Source: Eledone cirrhosa (taxonomy: Eukaryota). Taken from it: a stretch of 64,000 nucleotides of DNA. Each line of letters begins with the position of its first letter. Within the stretch, counting starts at the first letter, position 1. The stretch is from the NCBI GenBank assembly GCA_964016885.1, contig OZ024747.1, positions 6,882,001 to 6,946,000 on the forward strand, given 5' to 3'. This document shows positions 1 to 13,300 of this stretch, piece after piece. The notes beneath the pieces were generated by a model. That model was not told the DNA's origin and did not search any database. It was given only the letters and a program-made list of their open reading frames with translations. The translations under genes and the position numbers were made by a program.

Positions 1-125
1 GTGTATCTCTGTGTATTTCTGTGTTTGTGTGTATCTCTGTGTGTATTTCTGTGTTTGTGTGTGTATCTCTGTGTTTGTGTGTGTATCTCTGTGTGTGTTT
101 GTGTGTATGTCTGTGTGTGTATGTT
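1..125. repeat. Degenerate (GT)n/(CT)n microsatellite
   Basis: Directly visible. Confidence 0.9.
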
Positions 126-189
126 TGTACAAATGCAAGAACAAATATAGAAAATACATTTTTGTTTATTATTTTTATTATACTTTCAG

Positions 190-236
190 TCAGGAAACAA
201 CAATCTTGAAGTATTTTCGAGTTTGCCGTGATCCGT
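190..236 (+). CDS. SLF2: SLF2-like exon (tentative), QETTILKYFRVCRDP
   Basis: tttcag acceptor and gtgaga donor; ends in phase 1, matching the next exon. Confidence 0.45.
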
Positions 237-3200
237 GTGAGAGATTTTATTATCTTAAATTTTGAAATAAGTTTCTGTGAGTTCTGATAATAGCACAACT
301 TTTCTATGAATAATAATGATGCTCTGTCATAATATTTCAGTGAATGGTGATGACGACGATGATGATGATAATTGTTTCTAATTTTGGCACAAGAGCAGCA
401 ATTATCCCAGTGCATTACTGGTACTTTATTTTATCGACCCCGTAAGGATGAAAGGCAAAGTTAACCTCGGCAGGATTTGAACTCAGATCATAAAGGGACG
501 TAACTCTATGCTTCAAAGCATGGTGTCCGACGCTCTACCGATTCTGCCAATTCACCTTTATGATAATAATAATTAACGTACATCCATACTAACATGAGGG
601 TATGTGGTGTAGTTGATTAAACTGACTTTGGTGAGATTTCCAGTCAGAACATAAAGTCACGGTACTAAATAAATACTGTGTGTTGTCTTGTCTGACACAT
701 TAACAATGCTGCCAAACAATTTATCATCATCATCGTCATGTAAGAAGTCTGCCAGATGTTGCAGAATTATTGATTTTTTAGTAATTTATATATGTAAGTA
801 AATTAAATTTTTTAGTAATTTATATATGTAAGAAAATTAAATTTTTTACATCATCCATATTCTTTGCTTTTAAATAATACTAAGAACACATTTAAATAAT
901 ACATTTCTGTATATTCATAAGTGTTATATGGTTAAACTGTTTGTTTCACACTTCAGTTTATTTTTTATTATTGTTTTACATACAGCTTGGATAAATGAAT
1001 ACTATTTTTTGTTTTTCTTTACAGTAACCTCAAGCGACATATCTACACATGCATTATCAACTCTGTCACAGTCTATTGTCACTAACAACAGTCCAACAAT
1101 GACCAGTACCTCAAAGTGCCAGACTACAATTTCTACAGAAGGTAGATATTACATGCAGAAGTTCATTAAAAACCCTTTCAACATTCTATTTGTAATCTCT
1201 CTCTCTCTCTCTGTATATATTCTGAAGTGACCTTGTATTATAAATTAACACACTTAACAAGCCACTATTCGGTCACTTTACATGCTAGAAATAGCTGCCA
1301 AATCTCCCTCAGAATAATTGTTTTCCAAGATGTCTCAATTCACAATTATTTTAGAATTTAATCGAAACATTTTAATTAGTAACATAGTAATGAAAAGGTT
1401 TTAAAACATCTTCCTCTTTCCTTGAATTTACATATCTACATACTAAAAAAAATAAAAAAATAAAAACATTTTTTTTTGTTTGTTTTTTTTTTGTATATGG
1501 ACATTTCCAAACATTGAAATCCCTCTGTTTTCTCACTTACATAGCTATAAACAATGGCTATTTCAGTCTTACAGAAGTTATTCCATTTGTTTTCCAGATG
1601 ATCACATCAGAGATGACAACTCGATTTTATCAATATCCGATGACAGTGGGTAAGTGTTTTGGGGGGGTTTTATGTAAAGATTACCCAGCTAGGTATTTTA
1701 ATATTTCTAAATCCTTACCATCAACCCATGACCCTTCTGGTTTGTGGGAAATTCCTTGCTATTAATCTTGAAAAGAGAAAAAGGTAAATGGATACCAGAA
1801 TGGCTAGCAGTGGACTGAATATCTTCCAGTATTCCAGTTATGTCCTTATGTTGTAATATGTTATATACAATAGTTATGTTATATACAATATTTTCATAGA
1901 TATTCACGCACACAATCACCATCATCATCATTGTTGTATGTCTGTTATCCATCATGGCATGGTATTACTTTTAATGGCTATTTTTCTAAGAAAGAGAACT
2001 CAATACATAAATAAAGTATGTATATTTATTGAGGGTTTAAAAGGTACAGTGACATTTCAAAGATGTGTGGATACACACACACACACATTCACTGTAATGT
2101 GTTTGGTGTTAGGAAGGGCATCCAGCCATAGAAACCAAGCCAAAATATAGATCTGTATGAGCAAGACATGGTCTCTGGACTTGACTTGTCTCATAACATG
2201 ACAACCCATCTAACCCATGCAACCATGGAAAATAGATGTTAAATGATGATGATGATATATACACATACAAATATTAAATAGAAAGTCACAGTTTAGTGTA
2301 TTAAATCGTTTTAATTGACTTACATGTGTTTCACTAATCCAACAAGAATGAAAGTCAGTTCATTCCTGAAGAACTAGATTGTCAGAGCCAAATAAAATAT
2401 AACTTATAAGTGATTATACCAATAGAAAATAAGTATTGTTTAAAGTTGTAGAGCTGGTGTTCACCCTATCAGATAGTCGTGGTGGTGCCACAAGAAAATG
2501 AACTTAGTACATACTGTGGTTTGATTGGCTTTAAGTAAGGCATCCAGTCATAGAAACCATGCCAAAATGGAGGGTATGAGCAAGACACAGTCGTCTGACC
2601 TGCTTGACAACCCATCTAACCTATGCAAGCATGAAAAATAGACATAAAATAGTGATGATGATTATGATATATAAATATATATATATATTTGACGAAGGAC
2701 CGTGACAAGTGGAGAGATGCTGAATAAGACCTGTCCCACCCTTGCAAACAGGGAAAAGCGGACGTAAAATGATGGTGATGATATGTATGTATGTAAAAGG
2801 CAAACAGAAATAACAAATCGGTATATGGAAGGGATATATTAGGTTAATGCTTGAAATAGCAGGAAGAGGGACTTAACGTTTTGGACACTAGTCCTTCATC
2901 AGAAGAAAGAATGAGAAATAAGATAGATTGAGGGGACGGACGAGTTGGATTTGGAAAAAATGTCTTTAGATAAAAATAACAGGCCCATTCATGTTGACAT
3001 CTCTTGCAAAACTATATTATATTGTATTTGCCTCATTTCAGGATATTACAATCACAATTGGATAAATGTGAGGTATGTATTATTGTATGCTGATTTGTAT
3101 TATTGTATTATGTATTATTGTATTATTATATGATGTATTATTGTATTATTATATGCTGATTTCGTCTAGGGTTGTTTTTGCATGTATTAGCTTGGTGTAT

Positions 3201-6200
3201 TGTTTGTGAAACCATGGCTGGAGATGTTATATGTAAATACACTGACATATGTTAGTGTGGTGTGGTGCCATTTTAAAATGTGGTGTGGTATGGTGAGCTA
3301 TTTGAGTTGTGATGCCTGATAGAATATGGCATGGGACACTGAGCTTCAACAAGGAAGCCACTGGTTAAAGCAGAAGGAAATCCTCCCTCGGCACCGGTCC
3401 AGGACTGAAGGCGACCCACACCATATTCCGTAGCCATCGGTTTGCAGTTCTACCAAAGACTACTCCACTTACTGTCTCTTTACTAAATGTCAGTGGTTGG
3501 GCTTCAGGTCAGCGACCTGTTCCCGGAAAAACTCTCCTGCTACAAAAACAATTCATAGTGCATCAGATTCAAATTCCAAGCAGTCAGGAGAACGGTTGTC
3601 TCTAACCGGAGATTGTGTGACGGGTGTCGGCGAAAGTCTCGATGAGGAAGCTGACATCCTGAGGACCAGAATTCTGTCTGCAAAAACAACCACACGTATT
3701 GGATATTGGAACATAAGAACTCTGTACCAACCATTCAAACTTGCGCAAGTTATCGGAGAAATGGAGGCCTACAAAATTAACATCCTGGGCCTCAGCGAGG
3801 TCCACTGGACTGACTCTGGGAAGTTTGTCCATGAAAACAAGACCATCCTGTTCTCGGGCCGTCAGAACGGGACCCACCGAGATGGAGTTGCAATCATCAT
3901 GGACAGGGCTGCCAGTGGTGCCCTTGAGGAGTGGACTCCTATCAACGAATGACAGCAAGATTCACCACATCACATGCAAAGGTCACCATAGCTCAGTGCT
4001 ATGCTCCAACCAACGAACATAACGACGATGACAAGGACGCTTTCTACCAGCAACTGCAAGATGTCAACAAAACCCCACGTCATGACATCCTGATCATCAT
4101 GGGAGACATGAACGCACAGATCGGGGGAAGCAGGGTTGGCTTTGAACATGTCCTTGGGCCCCCATGCTTACGGAAACCGCACGGACAACGGGGACAAGTT
4201 TGTCCAGTTCTGTGCCATGAACAATATGAAAATTGGCTCGTCACTATTTGACCACAAGAACATCCACAAGGTCACATGGGATTCGAACGACCACAGGACC
4301 AAGACGCAAATAGACCACATTGCAATTGGCCCAAGATGGAGAACTCCTTGCCTGCAGGACGTCCGAGTCTACCGAGGCGCAGATGCCTGCAGTGACCACT
4401 ATCTGTCTGTTACCAAACTTAAAATCAGACTGAGGAAGCAGAAGAAGAAAGCACCCACTACAAGGTGTTTTGATACTACGAAGCTGAAGAACGGTGACAC
4501 AGAAGCACAGTTCGAGGCTGCTTTGAGGAACAGATTTGCTGTCCTTGAGGAGTCTGCACCAGGCTCGGTCAATTGGTGGGAGGAAATGAAGAAGACCATG
4601 GAAGCTGCAGGGGAAGAAATCCTGGGCTACAGGAAGTCCCTCAGAGAAGCTTGGGTCAGCGACAACACCTGGCAGCTGATTAATGAAAGGAAAGCCCTAC
4701 ACCAGCAGAGGCATGCCACTACCCCAGAGGCCATCAAAGTATATCAGCAGTATATTGAGAAGGACAAGGAGGTGAAACGCAGCGCCCAAAAGGACAAACG
4801 AATGTGGCTTGAGAGTAAGGCAGAGGAGGCAGAAGCAGCTGCGGCACGCAATGACATGCGCTTTCTGTACCAAATTGCCAAGAAAATCACCGGCAGCTCT
4901 AGAGCTAACTCAGGCCCGGTGAAAGCGAAAGATGGTACGCTGCTTTCCAAGGGTGAAGAAAAGTTAGTCAGATGGGCTGAACATTTCAAGGAAGTCCTCA
5001 ACCGACCGGAGCCACGTGTGCCAGCAGACACTAAGGAACCTACTAGTTTGTTACCTATCAATACTGATGACTTCACCGAGAAGGAAGTCCGCATGGCCAT
5101 CAAAACCCTTAAGAATAACAAGTCACCAGTTATGGATGGCATTTCTGCTGAAATGCTGAAGTCAGGAGACGAAAACATGGTCAAGTGGATGGGCCACTTA
5201 TGTAATCTTGTGTGGAACACGGGTGAAGTCCCAGAAGATTGGAGAAACGGAGCAGTTGTCTGTATCCCCAAGAAGGGCAACCTTGCCGATTGACAACTGG
5301 AGGGGAGTGACACTTCTCTCTATACCAGGGAAGGTCTATTGTCTGGTGATCCTGAACCGCATACGTGGCATGGTAGATCAGGAACTGCGAGAACAACAGG
5401 CAGGGTTCCGACCAAAACGTTCCTGTGCAGAGCAGATCTTTACGCTACGCCGCATCATTGAGAGGTACAACGAATTCCAGAGGTCCTCGCCATTAGCTTC
5501 ATCGATTTCTCCAAAGCATTCGATAGCATTCATCGACTGTCGCTCTGGAGCATCATGCATGAGTATGGTCTGCCCCAGAAAGTCATTTCGGCAATCAAAC
5601 AGATTTACGCAAACTCCAAGTGCTGCATACGGAAGAGGATGGTTACAGTGACTGGTTTGAGGTGGTTACTGGCGTGCGTCAAGATTGCTCACTCTCTCCA
5701 ATTCTCTTTGTCATAGCCATTGACTGGGTACTAAGAAGAGCGTCTAAAGACCAGGGTATATCTTGGGTGGGAGAGCAAAAGTTGTCTGACCTGGACTTTG
5801 CGGACGATATTGCTGCACTTGCACAGAGCACAGCTGACCTGCAAATCACTGTGAACAATATCAATGTCGAAGCAGGAAGCTTAGGTCTCAATATCAGTGC
5901 CAAGAAGACCAAAACCATGTTATCTGGGACACACCCATCGCCAACTAGTGTCTTCATTGAACAGGGGGGGGGGGTGGAGATAGTGGACAACTTCACCTAC
6001 CTAGGAAGTTCCATTAACAATGAGGGCACCATGGACAGTGAACTGCAATGTAGAATGGGAAAGGCTTCAGCAGCATTTAACCAGCTTGACAAGATCTGGA
6101 AGAGCAGGAAGTTCACCCTCAAAACAAAGATGAGATTCTACAACAGCAATGTGCTGTCCACACTCTTGTACGGAAGTGAAACATGGCACCTTAAGACCAG

Positions 6201-7171
6201 CCAAGAGAAAAAGTTGGACACATTCGATTCCAGGTGTCTGCGAAAGATCCTGTGGATTAAATGGAGTGACCATGTAACAAACCAGGAAGTCAGGAACCAC
6301 ACCAACAAGCAGCTAGTCTCTTCTACCATCTGCAAGCGACGCCTGGGCTGGTTTGGACACGCTTTGAGACTTCCCCCGGAGAGACTGGTGAACCAAGTAC
6401 TTAAATGGAGCCCGCAGGGAAGCAGACGGAGAGGGCGACCCAATATGAACTGGCACCAAACAGTTGAGAGGGACCTGCTAGCGACAAACAGACAATGGCG
6501 GGACGCTGTGCAACTGGCTGCTGACCGAACGTGACGGAACACTATGATTGCCTCATGCGTCGCAAGACGTGGGAGCTTCTGAGTCTGATTAGGTGTCGCA
6601 TGTGTTATTTAGTGCTGGGTCAGCTCTGATCCAGCAAGCCTATGATAAAAAAATATTCCAGCTATGCTATGGTCATCTGAAATATTGGAGGGAATTAGTA
6701 ACTCAATAACTCTTAATCTTCTTTGTGGCAAAAAAACAAGGTCAAAGTTGATGATTTCTTCTAAGAAAAAATACTAAGATAGATATTTTTAGAAGCCCCA
6801 CCCCCCTCCCCGCCGTCAACTCTAAGGTCACCAGGCCTTTCAAACCAATCCCAGCTGGAACTTGCCAACACTCCCCCCTCTACCTTTTCCTTCAAGCTGT
6901 AAGCAGAGTAGAACGGACAGAGAAATGACCTCTCTTCTGAATGAACATGTATGTGAAAATTTATTTTTCTTCCCCTGTTTATTTTCATTCTCTTCATTAT
7001 TATTATTATCACTATTTGTACAAATATGCAACTTAACAATATTCTGTATATCCACAATTGACAATGCATTTCATGCTGAAACAAGTATTGCAAATAAATT
7101 GTTTTAATATCTCACTGAAAAAAAATCTCTTCATTTTTTACTGAAAGAATCTTTTTCCTTTCTACTATTTG

Positions 7172-7222
<51 letters not shown>

Positions 7223-7284
7223 AGGCTAAAATGTGAGTCTTGTTACTCTGAAGTTTCGCCTGTTTATCACAGGTTCATCAGACT

Positions 7285-7322
<38 letters not shown>

Positions 7323-10300
7323 CACATATGACTTACATTAGCCCAATGTTTCACTCCTTATTCAAAACAGTAGGGTTTTTTAAGGATATTTAGCTGCTAC
7401 TTGTAGTGTGATGTGTTGGTATGGTGATTGTGTTGTTATTTTATCTTACAGTACTTTAGAACATAGATTAATTTTAAATGTGTCATCCTCTATTTAAGAC
7501 AATATGGTGTGATTTGGGGGAAAATTTGACTGCTATTTCTAGGTCAAGAGATCAGGTAAAGTCTCGTTGACCTAGTTGCAGGATACATTATGGTATGTTA
7601 TTATGCATAATATTAAAGTTGATGTGAGTTTTGTGTTTATGAACGCCTTTGTTTGCTTGCAAACGTTTGTGTATCTACATGTGTGGGTGTGTATATAAAT
7701 ATAAGTGGGTGTATATATATAAATATATCTATGTATGAATATTTATCGTGCTTGATAAATATACATTTTATATTTCTATTGGAAATCCATCTCCTTGACA
7801 TTATAAAGTATTTTAGTTAAGACTAACAGAATTATTTAGTCATTGAATAAATAAATGGCTGAGTATTCCACAGAATGTAATTCTCAGGCAGTCAACAGTT
7901 CACTGTGTGTGACAAGACTGGCTTTTTGAATTACAGGTACAGTTCATCTGATGGGCTTCTAAACAGTTTCTGGTTATCATATTTCCCCTCACAAGACTTG
8001 AGTTGACATGACTGCTAGTATATGATGACCACTTAAAGATATACATCATTTAACTCTTTAGTATTTACATTACTCTATATATACTGTTGTATTTTCACAG
8101 TAAAGGCTTCATCTCACATAATATGAAATCTATAAAATTTTGATATTTATTTTGAGAACAATACTTTGTCTGTATGAGTAGCCAGTTATGGCCAGTTTGA
8201 ACAGAAAGAGGTGAGAGAATTCTGGCTGGATTTGGCCGGCTTAAATGCTGAAGGGCTAACATGTACTTACATCTGTATAATGTGTTCCTCTTATGTTTTT
8301 CTCCATCTGCAGCTGAAGGACAGTGGGGTACGGCTTGATGTGAAACCAAAAAACACGATAACCCTCACATTAGATGTGCTCGTTGCAGACAAGATTCAAC
8401 AGGTAAACTGCATTATTAAATAGTTTTTGTTTAGTCAAGGTTTAGACATGTTCAAAGGCATTATAGCTGAGCCTCTTTCTACCTTTATATGCATAGTTTA
8501 TCTTGGACTATACTATAACAATGCCAGTCCATGCATGTTATTATTACTCTCCATCCCCAAATATCTGTGTAAAAGAGACCAGCCTTTTATTACTTGAGCC
8601 ATCAGTTTTATGCCTTTGTAATTGCTCCTTTCTAGAACACTCCTTTTTCCCTTGTAATAATTAACAATTATACTGCTATGCCAGTCATTCTGTTTGGCAC
8701 CTGATTTACCGTGCAAATGACAAACTCAAGTTTTACTTCATTCAATGATTTCATCATTTCAACAACTTTTCCATTTTTCATATCCCTCATTACTTTCACC
8801 CTATTCACAATATCAAATGATGTCACCTTTCTCATTTTGTTAGGATGAACTGGACAGGATGAATAAAGAACTTCAGGTATGTCATTAAATTTGTTTTTCT
8901 CTTTCTCTTTTCTTCATTACCTTTTGTACTTCTTCCTTTTCCTTCCCTCTCGCTTCTGCTCTGTAATTCTTTTAAATTCTTTTCACCTTTCCTCATATTT
9001 CTTTCTCTTGTACATGGGATGCCATTGCACTAATTCTTTCATAGTTATATTTTTAATGAAGATGCGTGGCCTAGTAGTTAAGGTGTTGGATTTATGATTA
9101 CAATATCATGGGTTCAATTCCTGGACCAGGTTGTATTTTGTGTTTTTGGCAAAACACTTTATTTCACATTGTTCAATATAGTCAGCTAAAAATGAGTACC
9201 AATACTAGATGGGGGTTTAACCCTGCAAAGGATTAGTGTCTTGTCCAAGGGAAAGTGTTGTACTCTGTTACTTAACAGTAAGGAAACTGGGATAAGCACT
9301 AGCCTAATCCGCCTCTGAGCTTGAGACAGACTTAAGACCTTTTTTTTTAAAGATACTACTTTAGCTTTTCAATTAATGTTGAAAATAAATCAACAATTTA
9401 GACATATTTATTAGCCCTGTTCCTACTAAATTACCTTAAATCACCCTTGGTTTTGTGACACAAAACTGTTTGTTTTAATGTGTTCTTACTTATATTAAAA
9501 CTTCCCAACATAATTTTATGTAATATAATTGATTGAATAATTAAAATGTTAGTTATTTTTACTAAATCCCTCCATTTCTAAAAAAATTATTTAAAAAATT
9601 AATTCAAACACATAAACAGTATAATTCATTCAAATATGGTGGCAAAAGAGTTAAAATTACTAACTTTTTCATTATTAAAGCTTGGAACATGAATGTTTTA
9701 CTTCAAATGAATGTTTTACTTCAAAAAATAAATCCTATAAAATTGGCAGTTTTGAATAATAGAAGGGGAGTTTTGGGTTGGGATGGAACCCAAAAGATTA
9801 AAACCTCATGAATTGTCTTGCAGCAAAGCTTCTTGTTGCTCCTCCACATCACCACCATGTATTCACACTTCACTACAACACTACTACACATCACCACCAT
9901 GTATTCACACTTCACTACAACACTACTACACATCACCACCATGTATTCACACTTCACTACAACACTACTACACATCACCACCATGTATTCACACTTCACT
10001 ACAACACTACTATCTATTTAGCACCATGTATTCACACTTCACTACAACACTACTATCTATTTAGCACCATGTATTCACACTTCACTACAACACTACTATC
10101 TATTTACTAATGCTTTCTTTTCTTAATTTCAGGCTGACCTGGAGTGTGGTGGTGTTAGCAACATGTTAGCTGAGCTGAGTGAACCTTGTGGTGAGTATCT
10201 AGTGTGTGTGTCTAAGCCTATGTGCACGCACACAAACACACGCAAACACACACATACATGAACACATGTGTGCACAGTAATCTGTACAAACACATGTCCA

Positions 10301-13300
10301 CACACAAACACATGTATCCACACACAAACACATGTATCCACACTCTCATATAAAAACACACACTTTTGATCTTCATATCTGTTCTTATGTTTCTCTCCCT
10401 CTTTCCTTAGATGGAATGTTACCAGAACATAAAAAGACACTAGAAAAGGTAAATGTTTTTTTTTAATAGTCTCAGGAAATAATCACTGGATAGATTTTAT
10501 GTACAAAACCAACTGACAGGAGACACAGGCAAGATGGACCTGCTGATCTATTTTGTTATTTGTATTCATTTATATATTGTAAGTATGAATTGTATGTCCA
10601 GCATTTGTACAGGAAATGTCACTGTTATAAACATATTATTGTAGATATAAACCTTTGCAACTGTTGTATATATAAACATATGCTGCTATGTCTCTATACC
10701 CTTGTTACTGTTGTGTGTGTCTCTAAACCCTTGTTACTGTTGTTGTATCTATAAACCCTTGCTGCTACTCATCATCATCACCGTTTTACGTCCGTTCTTC
10801 CACGCTAGCATGGGTTAGACGGGTTGTCCTGTTGTGGGCAGTGTCTGGTCGGCTGACCATGCCTTGCTCATACAGGAACTGATCTGGCTTGATTTCTACA
10901 GCTGGATGCCCTTCCTAACACCAACCTCATTTACAGTGAGTGCTACTATTATATATATAAACCCTTGCTACTATTATATATATAAAACATTGATAGTGTT
11001 ATATATTTAAACCCATTATAGTGTTATATATTTAAACCCATGATAATGTTATATCTATAAGCCCTTGCTGTAGTGTACATGCCAACCTCAGTTATTCTCC
11101 CATAACAGAAATGTTATCTCGATAAATTTTTCTTCTTTCAGCTAAGTAATTTCCCACAACATAACATCAATGAGCTGCCACCATGGGAGACACTGTTTGA
11201 GGCTTCCAATTACTGTTGTCTCTTCAACTCTGACCTACAACTCAATCATATACAGTTCATGCCTGGAAATAGTAAAATAGACAATACTCTGGCAAACACA
11301 GAAGGTAAGAGGCTGTGACGAGTCAGGCTTTACACTTATAGTTACTGCATGAAGCAGTGGTTTTCTGAGTGTGTATATCTGGTGGTATGTGTATTTTTTA
11401 ATGTGGAGGATACTATATTGGAGGTGTGTGGTGTGGTTGAGTGTGCTGGAGGTGTGAGGTGTGGTAGAGGCTCCCTTGTTGGCGTGCATAGTTTTATAGA
11501 TGTTAAGAGTAATATTTACAGTGAAATAATGTCACTGTATATGGGTAGGGGTGAGGTAATACAATAAGGTGTTTGATTGGAGGTATGTTGTCTATAAGTA
11601 TTTGTGTGTATACAAACATGTTGCCATCACTCTCTGAACTAATATGTATTTAACTCACCCAAATATTTACAGGTACCGAGCAGCTAGAGTTTATTCTGAA
11701 GTCTGATATCCTGCGTATTGTGTGGTATGCTGTATCCAACAAGAATTTGGTCCTTCGATGGCTGTTCTTCTTGAGTAAGAACCCAATGAATACTTTTTTA
11801 GTTTTTTACTCCCCATTTTCCCATTCTATTCCTAAGAACTTTTTATTCTCTTCTTTGTAAATAGTGTATCATACTTGTTTTGTGCACCTTTTTATATTTC
11901 AAATTTATACATGGCTAGTGAAATAAATAAAAAAAGATAAGATAACATGATATAGATGTGTTTAAGAAATTTGTTCTGGAAGTATATGGTTCCTGGCTCA
12001 ATTTTCCTCAACTTCATCTTGGTCAAATGTCCTCTACTATAGCTTCTGGATAACAACCAATGACTCATAAGTAAAATTTGATACATAAAAATTGCTGAAG
12101 CCTGTCATATTTAGATTTAAGACTTTGCCTCAAATAAGACCCCTTGTCATGGTATTTGTCAGGCTAACTCATGCTTTAGAAAGGGAAATGGCCTTAAAAG
12201 GCTTGTTGTTGTATATGGAAAGTTTGAGCACGGTATGGTTGTCCAATCATGTAGTATTTAATTTGAAAACAGAAAGTTCACCAGAAAGTTCTGTTGAATG
12301 AGAAGACAAACTATGGAAGGAGACTCTGGAAGAAATATATGGGTCAGATCTAAGAATATTGGACCTTACAGACAAGATGACAAATAAATGTAGACAAGTG
12401 GCCTGTGTCTGATACTACTACCATCATCACCACCACCACTACTATTACTACTACCACCCTCTTACACACATTCTCCCATTCAATGTCACAGTTTTCTCCA
12501 GGTTTTCAGTGCTAACTAACTTTATTTGCAGTGTCTATTCACAAAGACGTCTCAGTGAGTGAAGCATGTTATCAGATTATAATGAATGCTATCCAGCTAC
12601 AGCTGTCCTCTTCTCGGACAAAGAACACATGGGCACCAGACATTGCAGATATTTTACGTATATTTATAAACTATGGTGAGTTGTTGCTCTTTTATTTTTT
12701 TAACTATTTTGGTACAGTCAAGGTTGTATGGTTAAGGAGTCCTGTTTGCAACTCCATGGTTTTCAGCTCCTCTGTGATGCACCTCAGGCAAGTGTCTTCT
12801 ACTAGAGCCTTAGACCAATAAATGCCTTGTTGGTGAATTTGGTAAACAGAAACTGTGAGGAAGTTTGTTGTATAAAGTGTGTGTCTGTTACTGTGTGTTG
12901 TTTTCATATTGGCATCATTTACAGTATGTGGTGCTGTTTCTCTGTTTTTCATTTACAATACATCTTCGCAACTTAGATTTAATGAAGGTTTGCTGTGAAT
13001 ATATTTGAAATATAAAGAAATGGTTGGTTTCAGGATGGGTCTTGTAGACGTAGAAAAACTGTCTCCAAAAGTTTCATCTAACCAATGTTAGCATGGAAAA
13101 GTGGATATAAAAACGTCAATGACGATGATTTTTCATGTTGGAAAGATCTGATGTCATTTAGTTCCAAGTCAAGCTTGATGAAGCAAACCAATAATCAAAA
13201 GCATTCCATCTATGTTCATTTGACCTTTTTATATGCTGTGTTTACTTCAGTTCTTGAAATAGGTACACCATATACCTGTGTATTGTAAGAGATATTTAAA

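Noticed and set aside
3540-6542. Antisense ORFs over the LINE (likewise over the Gypsy and ZNF ORFs)
   Set aside because: Shadow frames of real coding sequence
3300-6600. Target-site duplication for the RTE LINE
   Set aside because: No convincing direct repeat found, so the boundaries are approximate
9062-9130. tRNA genes at SINE heads (also 37193 and about 53160-53232)
   Set aside because: No complete cloverleaf; they continue into SINE bodies
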